Positions 1 to 9,406 of a DNA stretch of 64,000 nt are shown piece by piece. How positions within the stretch are numbered: position 1 is the first letter of the stretch; every line of letters starts with the position of its first letter. A model generated the notes under the pieces. The model worked only from the letters and a program-made list of their open reading frames with translations, made no database searches and was not told the origin of the DNA. The stretch covers positions 8,438 to 72,437 of the forward strand of contig JANXYB010000114.1 of assembly GCA_025350325.1 (NCBI GenBank), given 5' to 3'. The DNA comes from Acidobacteriaceae bacterium. GTDB lineage: Bacteria > Acidobacteriota > Terriglobia > Terriglobales > Acidobacteriaceae. The translations under genes and the position numbers were made by a program.

Positions 1-2637
1 CCAGCCGGGCGCTTTTAACAATTCGCGAGGCCGGGAGCCGTCGGCAGGGCCAATGAGGCCATCGCGCTCCATGAGATCGATAAGGTGCGCGGCGCGGCCA
101 TACCCGATTCTAAGGCGTCTCTGCAAGAGGGAAGTAGAGGCTTTGCCAAATTCAAAAACCAAACGTACTGCGTCATCGAACAAAGGATCGTTCTCATCGG
201 GGTCGCCATTGGAGCCTTCAATAGTAGGTCGCTCGTCGCGCGGTGACTCGAGGAAGCCCTCGACATATTCAGCCTGGCCCTGATCTTTCCAGAAGCCGAC
301 CACGGCGGCGGTCTCCTTTTCGCTGACGTAGGGCGCGTGCAAGCGCATGAGCCGGCTGGTACCGGGGGGGAGGAAGAGCATGTCGCCGCGCCCGAGGAGA
401 GCCTCCGCTCCGTTGGTGTCGAGAATGGTGCGCGAATCGACCTTGGTGGCGAGTCGAAAACTGATGCGGGTGGGGATGTTGGCCTTAATCAATCCCGTAA
501 TCACGTCAACACTGGGGCGCTGCGTGGCAAGTATGAGATGAATGCCAACGGCGCGCGCCATCTGGGCGAGACGGGTGATTGATTCTTCAACATTGGAACG
601 ATCGAGCATCATGAGATCGGCGAGCTCATCGATGATGATGACGATGTAGGGGAGGGGATTTTCATCTTCGCTGTCGGAAAAGAGCGAAGCCATCGCGCCG
701 TCAAACAGCTTGTTGTATTGGTCTATGTTGCGTACGCTGCGACTGGCGAGGAGCTTAAGGCGGCGCTCCATTTCGCGCACGGCATTGCGCAGCGCATTGG
801 CTGCCAGTTTCGGCTCGGTGATGATGGGCGTGAATAGATGCGGAATGCCCTCGTACATACCGAGTTCAACGCGCTTGGGATCAACGAGGATGAGCCGCAC
901 CTGGGACGGGGTGGTGCGGAAGAGCAGGCTCATGATCATGGCGTTGATTGCGACCGACTTGCCCGATCCTGTAGAGCCGGCGATGAGTACGTGGGGCATT
1001 GCGGCCAGGTCGGCAGTGACGATGCGGCCGTTGATGTCTTTGCCCATGGCCAGGGTAAGGCGCGACTTGGCCTTGTGGAAGGTTTCCGATTCCAGCACGT
1101 CGCGAAGATGAATGGTTTCGCGTTCGTGGTTGGGCACTTGGATGCCGACGGTGCTTTTGCCGGCCATGCGTTCAATGAGAATGCTCTCGGCGCGCATGGC
1201 AAGACAAAGATCTTCGGCGAGGCCGGTGACGCGGCTGTATTTGACACCGGCTTCGGGCTTGAATTCGTAGGTCGTGACCATGGGGCCGGGATTGATCTGC
1301 ACCACCTGTCCGGTGACGTCGAACTCGGCGCACTTTTCAACCAGGACGCGGGCCTCGTCGCGGAGGTCGTCTTCGCGCACGACTTGAGGGCCGGAGCCGA
1401 TGTTGAGAAGGGTGCTGGGCGGCAGCTTGAAGCCGCTGACATGTTTGGGTGCAACGGTTACGGTGCGTTCGTCGGCATCGGCGCGCTCGTGGATGGCAAT
1501 TTCAGCGATGGGCCGGGGCGCGGCTTGAGGCGAAACTGGAGCCGCGGCGGGAAGCGTGGCGGGCCCAGCAGCTGGACGCGCACTCGCCGTGGCCGGAGCG
1601 GCTGGCTCGTAGTTTGCCGGAGTCGGGCGCATTTCAACCAGCTTGCGCGCGGGCTGCGGAGTGGTGGTGGTTGGTGCAACTGGAGCCGGGGCAGGTGTTG
1701 CGGTGGATGTGGCGGAGACTGGAGTTGTCGGAGTAGCGGTCTCTGCGACGGTGCGTTCCCAGATGCTGGGGCGGCGCAGGGAGATGGGCGGCTCAGCCGG
1801 TCGACCGGCCGCTCGCTGGAAGGCGGGAATCTCGTCGACGGGGTCCGCTTCGACGGGGTGGTTGCGGCGGCCGAAGAGGGCTGCGAGTCGGCCGGGGCGC
1901 GGTGCGGGTGGCTCCGGAGCGGCCTCAGGAGAGCCGGAAATGGCACCTGAAAATAGGCGTTGCGCGGGACCGGGCTCCATCGCTTCGTCGCGGCGGGCCA
2001 TGAGGTCGGCCTTGCGCTCGGCCCGTTCCTCCCGCCAGTTTTGCCAGCGGTCGTGCCAGGCCATGAGGTTGATCCAGCGGTCTTCAAAGCCGGTCTTGAG
2101 AGCCCAGAAGCTGACCGCGGAGGCAAAGTAAACTCCGGTGACGGCGAATGCAGCGGCAATCAACCACGCTCCCTGGATGTTGAGGTAAAGCACCAGCCAG
2201 CCAGAGACAAGGCGGCCGGTGACGCCCTCAACAGGAAGGGCACGGAGCCACTGCCAATGCCACGGCAGCAGCCCGAATACTGCCGGCACGAAAATTAGGG
2301 CCAGTACAAATCCCACCCAGCGCAGCAATGCTGAACCGCCTGAGCGCGAACGCATCCACGTCCAACCGAGGCTGCCGAGCCACAAGGGAAGAAAGAAGGC
2401 TGTGACGCCGATCGATTGCAGCAACAGGTCACTTGAATACGCGCCAAACAGGCCGATCCAATTGCGCGGGGAATTTTGCAGTACCGAGCCGGAAGCGGTG
2501 TTGAAGGAGGGGTCAGTGGGGTGGTAGGTTGCTAAAGCGAGCAAAAGCAGGACGGAGAACAGGGCGAGTATCAAGCCCATGAACACGTTCAGAGCGCGGC
2601 TGCGCGTCGGCGAGAGGGCGATCGGTATGGTCTTCAT
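1..2637 (-). CDS. ftsK: DNA translocase FtsK/SpoIIIE (3' end runs off the window start)
   Basis: Absent from the ORF track because there is no stop in the window. Translated by hand from ATG at 2637 (MKTIPIALSPTRSRALNVFMGLILALFSVLLLLALATYHPTDPSFNT, N-terminal TM region). It has a Pro-rich linker, Walker A (PHLLIAGSTGSGKS), YIVIIIDELADLM, ILATQRPSVDVITGLIKAN and the gamma-domain ASTSLLQRRLRIGYGRAAHLID. The frame is still open at position 1 (PRELLKAPGW). Confidence 0.96.
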   Translation of the reverse strand, partial: MKTIPIALSPTRSRALNVFMGLILALFSVLLLLALATYHPTDPSFNTASGSVLQNSPRNWIGLFGAYSSDLLLQSIGVTAFFLPLWLGSLGWTWMRSRSGGSALLRWVGFVLALIFVPAVFGLLPWHWQWLRALPVEGVTGRLVSGWLVLYLNIQGAWLIAAAFAVTGVYFASAVSFWALKTGFEDRWINLMAWHDRWQNWREERAERKADLMARRDEAMEPGPAQRLFSGAISGSPEAAPEPPAPRPGRLAALFGRRNHPVEADPVDEIPAFQRAAGRPAEPPISLRRPSIWERTVAETATPTTPVSATSTATPAPAPVAPTTTTPQPARKLVEMRPTPANYEPAAPATASARPAAGPATLPAAAPVSPQAAPRPIAEIAIHERADADERTVTVAPKHVSGFKLPPSTLLNIGSGPQVVREDDLRDEARVLVEKCAEFDVTGQVVQINPGPMVTTYEFKPEAGVKYSRVTGLAEDLCLAMRAESILIERMAGKSTVGIQVPNHERETIHLRDVLESETFHKAKSRLTLAMGKDINGRIVTADLAAMPHVLIAGSTGSGKSVAINAMIMSLLFRTTPSQVRLILVDPKRVELGMYEGIPHLFTPIITEPKLAANALRNAVREMERRLKLLASRSVRNIDQYNKLFDGAMASLFSDSEDENPLPYIVIIIDELADLMMLDRSNVEESITRLAQMARAVGIHLILATQRPSVDVITGLIKANIPTRISFRLATKVDSRTILDTNGAEALLGRGDMLFLPPGTSRLMRLHAPYVSEKETAAVVGFWKDQGQAEYVEGFLESPRDERPTIEGSNGDPDENDPLFDDAVRLVFEFGKASTSLLQRRLRIGYGRAAHLIDLMERDGLIGPADGSRPRELLKAPGW

Positions 2638-3068
2638 GAGTGGAACGCCTCCGCACCTTGATCAATTGGAACGGCTGGCGCGTGCCGCTCTCAAAAGTCA
2701 AGGAAATCCAGGCCCGAGACCTTGCAATTAAACCGTCGCGCACCCTGCGGTGAGCGGCGACCGTGCACACATCAAACACGAATATGCATCCCTGATTTGG
2801 CCGGCAAAGATGGCCGAAAAAACCCAAGTGCAGCTTTTATTATCCCTGCTGGCAAGACCCCTTTCAGGCAAAAACGAAGGCGGGGGAACCTTGGTATGGA
2901 CTCCCCGAAAGGTATGGTTAGCGGACGGCGAAGAGGGTGAGGGATTCGACGGAACGGTGAGTTGGATGGTGGCGTTCGAATGTGTGGCGAATGACCCCGA
3001 TCGGCAAGTGTCGTCCCGTGATAAGACCCCCTGGCTCAACAACTGCCTCGCGCGCGCCGCTTGCGCGT

Positions 3069-3090
3069 CCCCCACCCCCACCCCCCACCC
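3069..3090 (-). other. Putative G-quadruplex-forming motif (G3-T-G6-T-G5-T-G5 on the minus strand)
   Basis: The plus strand reads CCCCC-A-CCCCC-A-CCCCCC-A-CCC: four tracts of at least 3 with 1-nt loops, in the intergenic region about 430 nt upstream of the ftsK ATG. Confidence 0.55.
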
Positions 3091-3382
3091 GTACTCTGGA
3101 TAGAACTCGTTTGTTTCGAGCTAGTTGAGGGTAGCCTCATGCTGTAAAGTCGTCTAAAAAAGAGAGTTGGCCGCAGAGTCGTGTGCATAAAGGGGTTACG
3201 GCACTTTAGTGGTCTGTGCAAAAGAATGGTTGGTGTCACTGACACACCTTCGACTTTATGTTTTTGTCTACTCATTCGCCTCAGAGTTAAGGATAGCGAT
3301 TGCGGAGAAATAGTCTGCAAATTGGGTGAGTCAACGGTGAAGTTTTTCCGCAGGGGCTAAAGCCGACTGATTTCATTGAGTT

Positions 3383-3501
3383 TATCGGCACGGCTGAAGC
3401 CATGCCCTGTTACAAGGCACCAGCGTGTATCGGCACGGCTTGAATCCATGCCCTGTTACAAGGCGCCAGCGTGTACCGGCACGGCTTGAAGCCATGCCCT
3501 G
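3383..3501. repeat. Tandem array (2.6 copies, 45-46 bp unit) of a palindromic REP-like element
   Basis: Units start at 3383, 3428 and 3474 with consensus TATCGGCACGGCT(T)GAAGCCATGCCCTGTTACAAGGCRCCAGCGTG. Each contains the imperfect hairpin GGCACGGCT..AGCCATGCC. A related mini-palindrome GGGGCTAAAGCC lies at 3353-3364. Confidence 0.85.
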
Positions 3502-3590
3502 ATTCAGAGAAATGCGTTGGGTTTCCGCAGCCTTTGGTTCGCTGTCTTCCAGAGCTAGGTCGATTCAGGACGTGTTCGGGTTCGTGCTTT

Positions 3591-3617
3591 CCCACCCATG
3601 ACTACGGTCTGGATGGG
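3591..3617. repeat. Isolated hairpin CCCACCCATGAC-TACG-GTCTGGATGGG (possible second REP-type element)
   Basis: Imperfect stem closed by a C(UACG)G tetraloop in the ftsK-uppP intergenic region. REP status is inference. Confidence 0.4.
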
Positions 3618-3757
3618 GGACCTTGCAGACCTTAAGCACCTTCTTTCATTGGCTTGTTTGGCATCGCTGAAAGTCGCGCCATGTTACGAGGCGCCAACGT
3701 TTATCGGCAGATTGACGTCGTAAGCCGCCAACGTTTGGTGCTGGATGACTCACGGTT

Positions 3758-4636
3758 CTAGCTGGCGAGCAGCTTGCTGCCCCAAATAAGCAGGGCAATG
3801 CCGATGAGAATGCGGTAGACGGCGAACACCACGAAGCCATGTTTGCGCACCCACATCAGGAACCATTCGACGACGCCGAGGGCGACGATGAAGGACACGA
3901 CGAAGCCGATGACTAGCACAAGCCAGCGTTCGCCGGTCATGACAACGTGCGCGGCCTGGCCGGCAGCAAGCGCTGCCTTACTAGGGTGGATTTCCTTAAG
4001 CAGGTCATAGCCGGTGGCGGCCAGCATGGTGGGAATCGAAAGCAGGAAGCTGAACTCAAGCGCCGATGGGCGGTCCATGCCGACCAACTGGCCGGCGGCG
4101 ATGGTGGACATGGAACGCGATGTTCCGGGGAAGATTGCGGAGAGCGACTGGCACAGGCCGATCCAGATCGCCTGGCCGAGGCTCATTTCTTCGACGTGGA
4201 GAGTATTCGGCTCAAAGCGGGTAGACCACGCATCGATCACCCACATAATGATGCCGCCCAGCAGCAGCGCGAGGGCCATGACGGTGATGCTTTTTAAATG
4301 CGCGTCGCTCCACTTTTTCAGCCCGAGAGCAAGCACAGAGGTACAGAAGAACGCAATCATGGTGAGCGAAATGGGGTGATTGAGCCAGGTGCGGTCGCCG
4401 CTCTCACCCTTGGGAAAGCTTTTAATGAATCCAACGATGCGCTCAGTAAAGAGGAGCACAAGAGCAAGGATCGCGCCGGCTTGAATGACGATGGTGTACA
4501 TCGCCCAATACGCATCGTCCAAAGGAATTTTCATCAACGCCTCGGTGAGACGCAGATGTGCTGTCGAACTGACGGGGAGAAACTCGGTCAAGCCTTCAAC
4601 AATACCAAGGAGAACAGACTGCAGATAGACGTTCAA
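3758..4636 (-). CDS. uppP: Undecaprenyl-diphosphate phosphatase (BacA/UppP)
   Basis: GIVEGLTEFLPVSSTAH and FPGTSRS motifs, EFSFLLSIPT, multiple TM helices. TTG start. Confidence 0.96.
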   Translation of the reverse strand: MNVYLQSVLLGIVEGLTEFLPVSSTAHLRLTEALMKIPLDDAYWAMYTIVIQAGAILALVLLFTERIVGFIKSFPKGESGDRTWLNHPISLTMIAFFCTSVLALGLKKWSDAHLKSITVMALALLLGGIIMWVIDAWSTRFEPNTLHVEEMSLGQAIWIGLCQSLSAIFPGTSRSMSTIAAGQLVGMDRPSALEFSFLLSIPTMLAATGYDLLKEIHPSKAALAAGQAAHVVMTGERWLVLVIGFVVSFIVALGVVEWFLMWVRKHGFVVFAVYRILIGIALLIWGSKLLAS

Positions 4637-4693
4637 AAACCCTCCCGACTACGATGAACCTGAGGCATGAGGTCAATTATTATTGTGCGCTGT

Positions 4694-5761
4694 TCAGGGC
4701 CGGTCGATGCCATAAACCGGTACTGCCTGATCCAACTTGTATACGAGCGCCGCCGAGCGCCATGCATAATCCGACTGCGGAAATTTGTCTTTGAGCCGGC
4801 CGGCCAGATCGTGGGCGCGAGATTTTGCAGCGTCGGTTTTTTTATCGTTGCCATCGGCCCCAAACATATCGACCAGCACGGCCTGTCGGTAGACCGCTTC
4901 ATAAAGAGCTTGTGCGGTGCGCGGTCCATCGGGATGTTCGGCCGCGTATTTCTCGTAGACTTCCGATTCTTTTTCGGGGCACTTCTGCTGCCCCTGCCAG
5001 TCGCCGCACAGTTTGTTGTCGATAAGCGCATAGGCGGCTAGGTCGGCCTGACGGGTATGCGGATAAAACTTGATGACCTTCTTCATCGCATCCTCATCCA
5101 TCTGATCGCGCAGGTATGCTTCTTTTTCCTTAGCCGAGGGACGAGTTGAGGCGTCGGCCTTTTGGATCTGCCAGAGGATGTCGGCAGCGCGCCATGATGC
5201 CTCTGCGGCGAGCGGCGAATTGGGAAATATTTCGGCAAGGCGGCGATAGAGCAGGCGGGCGCTGCGAGCGGCCATGACCGGACCACGCGGATCAGAGGCC
5301 AATGTCTCCTGATTGGCTGCCTCGCCCATGAGCACGGTGTCTCCGCTGGGTGTGGTCTCGATGACTACGCCCTTGGCCTGCATCCACCCGGAGATGGGAG
5401 GGGGCGTCTCATTGCTGCCGAAGATGGGCGTGTCGCTTTGATGTTCCTCTTCAATGTCGGTGTTGGCGTAGACACGGAGCCAGACGCCGCTCTTTTCAGC
5501 GACTACCATCTCGCGGCCGATTTGCACCTTGTCAACTTTTTGAGCACCGGTGTCGGGCGTGATGTAAAGCCAAGTGACGCGCAGAGGAGTAGCGCGGGGG
5601 CCGGCCATGGGTTTTTGCACCTGGTCTTTTTTTTGAATGGCGATGAGTTTTTGCGCAGGGATGGGCTTTTGCGCAGCGAGGGGTAGGGCAGTCAACAACG
5701 ACAAGGCAAGTAGCAGAACGCACGACACGATAGTGCGGGGATTCGTCACATCAGAAATCAT
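4694..5761 (-). CDS. Exported protein with an N-terminal SH3-like segment and BamD/TPR-like repeats
   Basis: Signal peptide (LLLALSLLTALPLAAQ), SH3-like VQIGREMVVAEKSGVWLRV, and repeated F/YP-x-S/T-xx-A helical motifs (FPNSPLAAEA, YPHTRQADLA, HPDGPRTAQA, FPQSDYAWRS). Confidence 0.65.
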   Translation of the reverse strand: MISDVTNPRTIVSCVLLLALSLLTALPLAAQKPIPAQKLIAIQKKDQVQKPMAGPRATPLRVTWLYITPDTGAQKVDKVQIGREMVVAEKSGVWLRVYANTDIEEEHQSDTPIFGSNETPPPISGWMQAKGVVIETTPSGDTVLMGEAANQETLASDPRGPVMAARSARLLYRRLAEIFPNSPLAAEASWRAADILWQIQKADASTRPSAKEKEAYLRDQMDEDAMKKVIKFYPHTRQADLAAYALIDNKLCGDWQGQQKCPEKESEVYEKYAAEHPDGPRTAQALYEAVYRQAVLVDMFGADGNDKKTDAAKSRAHDLAGRLKDKFPQSDYAWRSAALVYKLDQAVPVYGIDRP

Positions 5762-5773
5762 AGTCGAACGACG

Positions 5774-6778
5774 TCAGGAACTGGCTTCCGTGAGCACTTC
5801 GGCGAGCATCGCGGGCGCCACATTGCCACCGCTGACCACGGCTACGGCTTTGCGATACGGGGGCAGTTCGGCAGAGTGAAAGAGCAATGCGGCCGTCGCC
5901 ACTGCTCCGCTGGGCTCGGGGATGAGGCGGGCGGCCGCAACGATGGCACGCATGGCGGCGCGAATTTCAGCCTCGGTGACAGTGATGATGCCGTCAACGA
6001 ATGCCTGGATGTGCGCGAAGTTGTGCGTGCCGACGCTTTGGGTGCGGAGGCCGTCGGCAATGGTGCGGCTGGTGAGTTCGGCTCCCCAGGTAACGATTTT
6101 ACCGGTGCGAAAGCTCTCAGCGGTGTCGCCGGCCAGTTCCGGCTCAACCCCGAACACTTTGGCTTGCGGACGCAGACGCTTGACGGCAGTGGCGACGCCG
6201 CTGAGCAGGCCGCCGCCTGATACGGGCACGAGCACCAGGTCAACGTCGGGCAGGGCCTCGATGATTTCAAGGCCGCAGGTGGCCTGGCCGGCGATGATCT
6301 GTTCGTCATCGTAGGGCGGCACGACGATGTAGCCGTGCTTGGCGACGAGTTCGTCTGCCTTGGCGAGGCGTTCGCTGGAAGCGTTACCTACGTCGACGAC
6401 TTCGGCCCCGAGGGCAAGGGTGGCGGCACGCTTGATGGCGGGCGCGTTGGCTGGCATGACGATGACGGCCTTCGCTCCCACTTCGCGGGCGGCATAGGCC
6501 ACGCCCTGCGCATGATTGCCGCTTGAATACGTGATGACTCCGCGCGCGATCTGCTCGGGCGTGAGTTGGAGAACCTTGTTGGCCGCGCCGCGCAGCTTGA
6601 AACTGCCAATGGGCTGCAGGCTTTCAGCCTTGAGCCAGATTTGGTGGGGAGTGCCCCGGCCGGACACGCCTGCGAAGTCAGCACGCACCAACGGCGTTTT
6701 GACGGCGACATTCGCGATGCGTGCGGCGGCGGCGCGGATGGCTTCGAGTGAGACGAGGGAGTCGGTTGGGTCGGTCAT
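5774..6778 (-). CDS. PLP-dependent threonine/serine dehydratase family protein (short type, no regulatory domain)
   Basis: KAESLQPIGSFKLRGA (PLP lysine), SSGNHAQG, PVSGGGLLSG, EPSGA, VVSGGN; 334 aa. Confidence 0.9.
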   Translation of the reverse strand: MTDPTDSLVSLEAIRAAAARIANVAVKTPLVRADFAGVSGRGTPHQIWLKAESLQPIGSFKLRGAANKVLQLTPEQIARGVITYSSGNHAQGVAYAAREVGAKAVIVMPANAPAIKRAATLALGAEVVDVGNASSERLAKADELVAKHGYIVVPPYDDEQIIAGQATCGLEIIEALPDVDLVLVPVSGGGLLSGVATAVKRLRPQAKVFGVEPELAGDTAESFRTGKIVTWGAELTSRTIADGLRTQSVGTHNFAHIQAFVDGIITVTEAEIRAAMRAIVAAARLIPEPSGAVATAALLFHSAELPPYRKAVAVVSGGNVAPAMLAEVLTEASS

Positions 6779-7308
6779 GGAAGGTATTTCTGGGGCACGG
6801 TTTCAGCGGGGTTTTCAGCTTGCCAGAGGATTTCAATGACTTTCCATTGGTGGCCATCGAAGACTGCCTGAATGCTGTTGATTCCGCGATCTTGCGGCTC
6901 GCCGTCGGGAGTGGTGCGCGTCTCGTAGGTGCTCCACAGGTGCGCCATATGGCCCCAGGTTTGTGTTTCGACCTTGACCTGGTGCTCGTAGAAGACGGCG
7001 CTGCCGCGTTTGGCGACGGCGGCGATCCAGCCATCGACATTGAGCACGCGCGGCGCATAGCTGCCGTCGGCCGGATGCACGAGTGGGATGAGGCGGGCAT
7101 CGGGCACGAAAAGCGCGCGGAAGCAGGTGCGGTCCTTGTCGGCTGGCCCGCTGACGGCGGCGTCGATCGCTTTGACTAGCTCGTCGAGGTTTGCGGTCGA
7201 GGGGCAGGGAGCGGAGGCGGCCGGTGGGGATGGCTCGGGTGTTTGAGCGTGCAGGATTGGGGCAAGAAGAGCGGCGGCGAAGGCGGCTGCAATGGTTAGG
7301 CGGCGCAT
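6775..7308 (-). CDS. Exported NTF2-like fold hypothetical protein
   Basis: Signal peptide; pattern FRALFVPDARL, GHMAHLWSTYE, GINSIQAVFDGHQWKVIEILW. ATGA overlap with the dehydratase gene. Confidence 0.7.
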   Translation of the reverse strand: MRRLTIAAAFAAALLAPILHAQTPEPSPPAASAPCPSTANLDELVKAIDAAVSGPADKDRTCFRALFVPDARLIPLVHPADGSYAPRVLNVDGWIAAVAKRGSAVFYEHQVKVETQTWGHMAHLWSTYETRTTPDGEPQDRGINSIQAVFDGHQWKVIEILWQAENPAETVPQKYLP

Positions 7309-7390
7309 GGAGGGATTGTACAGAACGCGGGACGAGAGATAGGGGCAAAAGGATCTCAGGAGGGCAGGACTATTTAGAGATTCATCGATA

Positions 7391-7422
7391 CATAAACGGG
7401 GACGAACCTTAGCTCGTCCCCG
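7391..7422 (-). terminator. Intrinsic terminator after rnj
   Basis: Perfect 9-bp stem CGGGGACGA/TCGTCCCCG with an 8-nt loop, followed on the minus strand by TTTATG. Confidence 0.65.
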
Positions 7423-7446
7423 CGTAATGTCAGATTGCCGGACAGC

Positions 7447-9102
7447 TCAGATTTCCAATATCACCGGCATGATCATGGGGCGGCGGCCGGTGGTTTTTTG
7501 GATGAGGCGCTTTAGTTCGCCGCGGACTTTTTCTTTCACGGTGCCGTAGTCGGCTTTTTGTTCGGTGCTCAGGCCGTCCAGCGTTCTCAGCACTGCTTCG
7601 CGGGCCTGCTCGGTAATGTCGGCGCCGCCAAAGCCGCGCATGATGACTTCAGGCTGCTGTTCAACCTTGCCGGTGCGCTTGTTGATGGCGAGTACGGCGA
7701 GCACGATGCCATCTTCAGAAAGAATGCGGCGATCCTTGATGACCAGATCTTCAACGACATCGATGGATGATCCCGAATCGATGAGGATGCGGCCGGAGGT
7801 CACCTTATCTTTCTTGCGGGCATCATTCTTGTCGAGCTCAAGCACATCTCCATCTTCTAGAACGATGGCGTGTTCGACCGCGCCAGTTTCAATGGCGAGG
7901 CCGGCGTGCCGCTTGAGGTTGCGGTAGTCGCCGTGAACGGGAATGAAAAACTTGGGCCGAACAAGGTTGATGAGCAGGCGCATTTCTTCCTGGCAGCCGT
8001 GACCGCTGACGTGAATCAATCCATTAGACCCGTCGTCGCAGATGACGTGGGCGTCGCGGCGATAGAGGTGGTCGATGACACGGAAGATGCTCTTCTCGTT
8101 GCCGGGAATAATTCTGGAACTGAGAATGACGGTGTCGCCGGCGTCGATGTGCGCATGCTTGTGGTTGTCGACCGCGGCCCGGCTCAGCGCGCTCATGGGT
8201 TCGCCCTGTGTGCCGCTGATCATGACCAGCAACTGTTCCGGCGCGAAGTCGCGCATCTGGCCAGGATTGATGATCAGTCCGGGAGGAACATTGATGTAGC
8301 CGAGGTCCTGCGCAATTTCAGTGCTCTCCATCATGGAGCGGCCAACGACCGCGACCTTGCGCCCATGCTTGCGGGCCAGATCGAGAGCGATGCGGATGCG
8401 GTATATCGAAGAAGAAAAGCAACTGAAAAAGAGCTTGCGCTTGGCTTGCGAAAAAACTTCGTCGAGACGTGGAATCACGGCGCGTTCGCCGGGGGTATAG
8501 CCGGTGCGTTCGACGTTGGTCGAGTCCTGCAAGAGGGCCAGAACGCCGCGCTTGCCATATTCGGCGAAGGTGTGCAGGTCGAAGGCTTTGTCGTCGAGTG
8601 GAGCGAGGTCGATTTTGAAATCGCCGGTGTGGATGATTACGCCGACCGGAGTCTCGATTGCCAGTGCAACGCAATCAACCAGCGAGTGGGTCACGTGAAT
8701 CGGCTCGATGGTGAACGGGCCGATGGTGAACTTTTCGCGCGGCGTGATTTCAATCAGGGTGATCTCGTCGAGCAACTGATGCTCTTCAAGCTTGCCCTCG
8801 ACGTAGGCCAGCGTGAACTCAGTAGCGTAGACGGGAACTTTTAGCTCGCTGAGAATCCATGGAAGGCCGCCGATGTGGTCTTCATGGCCGTGGGTGAGGA
8901 CGATGGCGCGCACATGCGCCCTGTTTTCAACCAGGTAAGTGATATCGGGAACGACGATATCGACGCCGAGCAGTTCGGACTCGGGGAACATCAAGCCCGC
9001 GTCGATCACGATAATGTCGTCTTCCCAGCGAATTGCCAGGCAGTTCATGCCGAACTCGCCAAGCCCGCCGAGGGGGATGAGTTTCAGTGTTTTCGTTTGC
9101 AT
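7447..9102 (-). CDS. rnj: Ribonuclease J
   Basis: LIPLGGLGEFGMN, THGHEDHIG, HTGDFK, DSTN, GTQGEPMSAL, HVSGH and PVHGD metallo-beta-lactamase/beta-CASP motifs. Confidence 0.97.
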   Translation of the reverse strand: MQTKTLKLIPLGGLGEFGMNCLAIRWEDDIIVIDAGLMFPESELLGVDIVVPDITYLVENRAHVRAIVLTHGHEDHIGGLPWILSELKVPVYATEFTLAYVEGKLEEHQLLDEITLIEITPREKFTIGPFTIEPIHVTHSLVDCVALAIETPVGVIIHTGDFKIDLAPLDDKAFDLHTFAEYGKRGVLALLQDSTNVERTGYTPGERAVIPRLDEVFSQAKRKLFFSCFSSSIYRIRIALDLARKHGRKVAVVGRSMMESTEIAQDLGYINVPPGLIINPGQMRDFAPEQLLVMISGTQGEPMSALSRAAVDNHKHAHIDAGDTVILSSRIIPGNEKSIFRVIDHLYRRDAHVICDDGSNGLIHVSGHGCQEEMRLLINLVRPKFFIPVHGDYRNLKRHAGLAIETGAVEHAIVLEDGDVLELDKNDARKKDKVTSGRILIDSGSSIDVVEDLVIKDRRILSEDGIVLAVLAINKRTGKVEQQPEVIMRGFGGADITEQAREAVLRTLDGLSTEQKADYGTVKEKVRGELKRLIQKTTGRRPMIMPVILEI

Positions 9103-9406
9103 CTGTCAAGTCTGATGCTACCACTTTGTGCCCTGACGCTTGGTTTGGATTGGTCTCACGGTCTACTCAAAAGACGGCCTCGATGGCTCTGTGAAAGCAA
9201 ATTGGACGGGTCTCTCTAAAGCTAAACACGCAAATTCGAAGGGAAAGCGAGATCTGCGCGGCGGAGAGAATCACACAGTCTCCACCCTGTGTGCCGTTTT
9301 ATGCATCCATAATTACAGCGGACGTTTCGGCAATAAACATCGCCAACAAGTTCTATATTGTAAAAGTGGTCACTAAAACACAGTTTGATTTGCAGCTGCT
9401 TGGCTG

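Noticed and set aside
710-2527. Plus-strand ORFs such as 838..1950, and similarly 7870..8844, 12886..14077 and 63070..63837
   Set aside because: These are antisense shadows of well-supported minus-strand genes (ftsK, rnj, Gfo/dapD, sorbosone dehydrogenase) in GC-rich DNA, with no motifs.
2722-3320. Short ORFs in the ftsK upstream region (2750..3103, 2728..3081, 3036..3320)
   Set aside because: They have no RBS or motif support, overlap each other and cross the homopolymer tract; probably non-coding.
3383-3501. Possible CRISPR array
   Set aside because: The intervening segments are identical, not unique spacers; there are only 2.6 units and no cas genes in the window.
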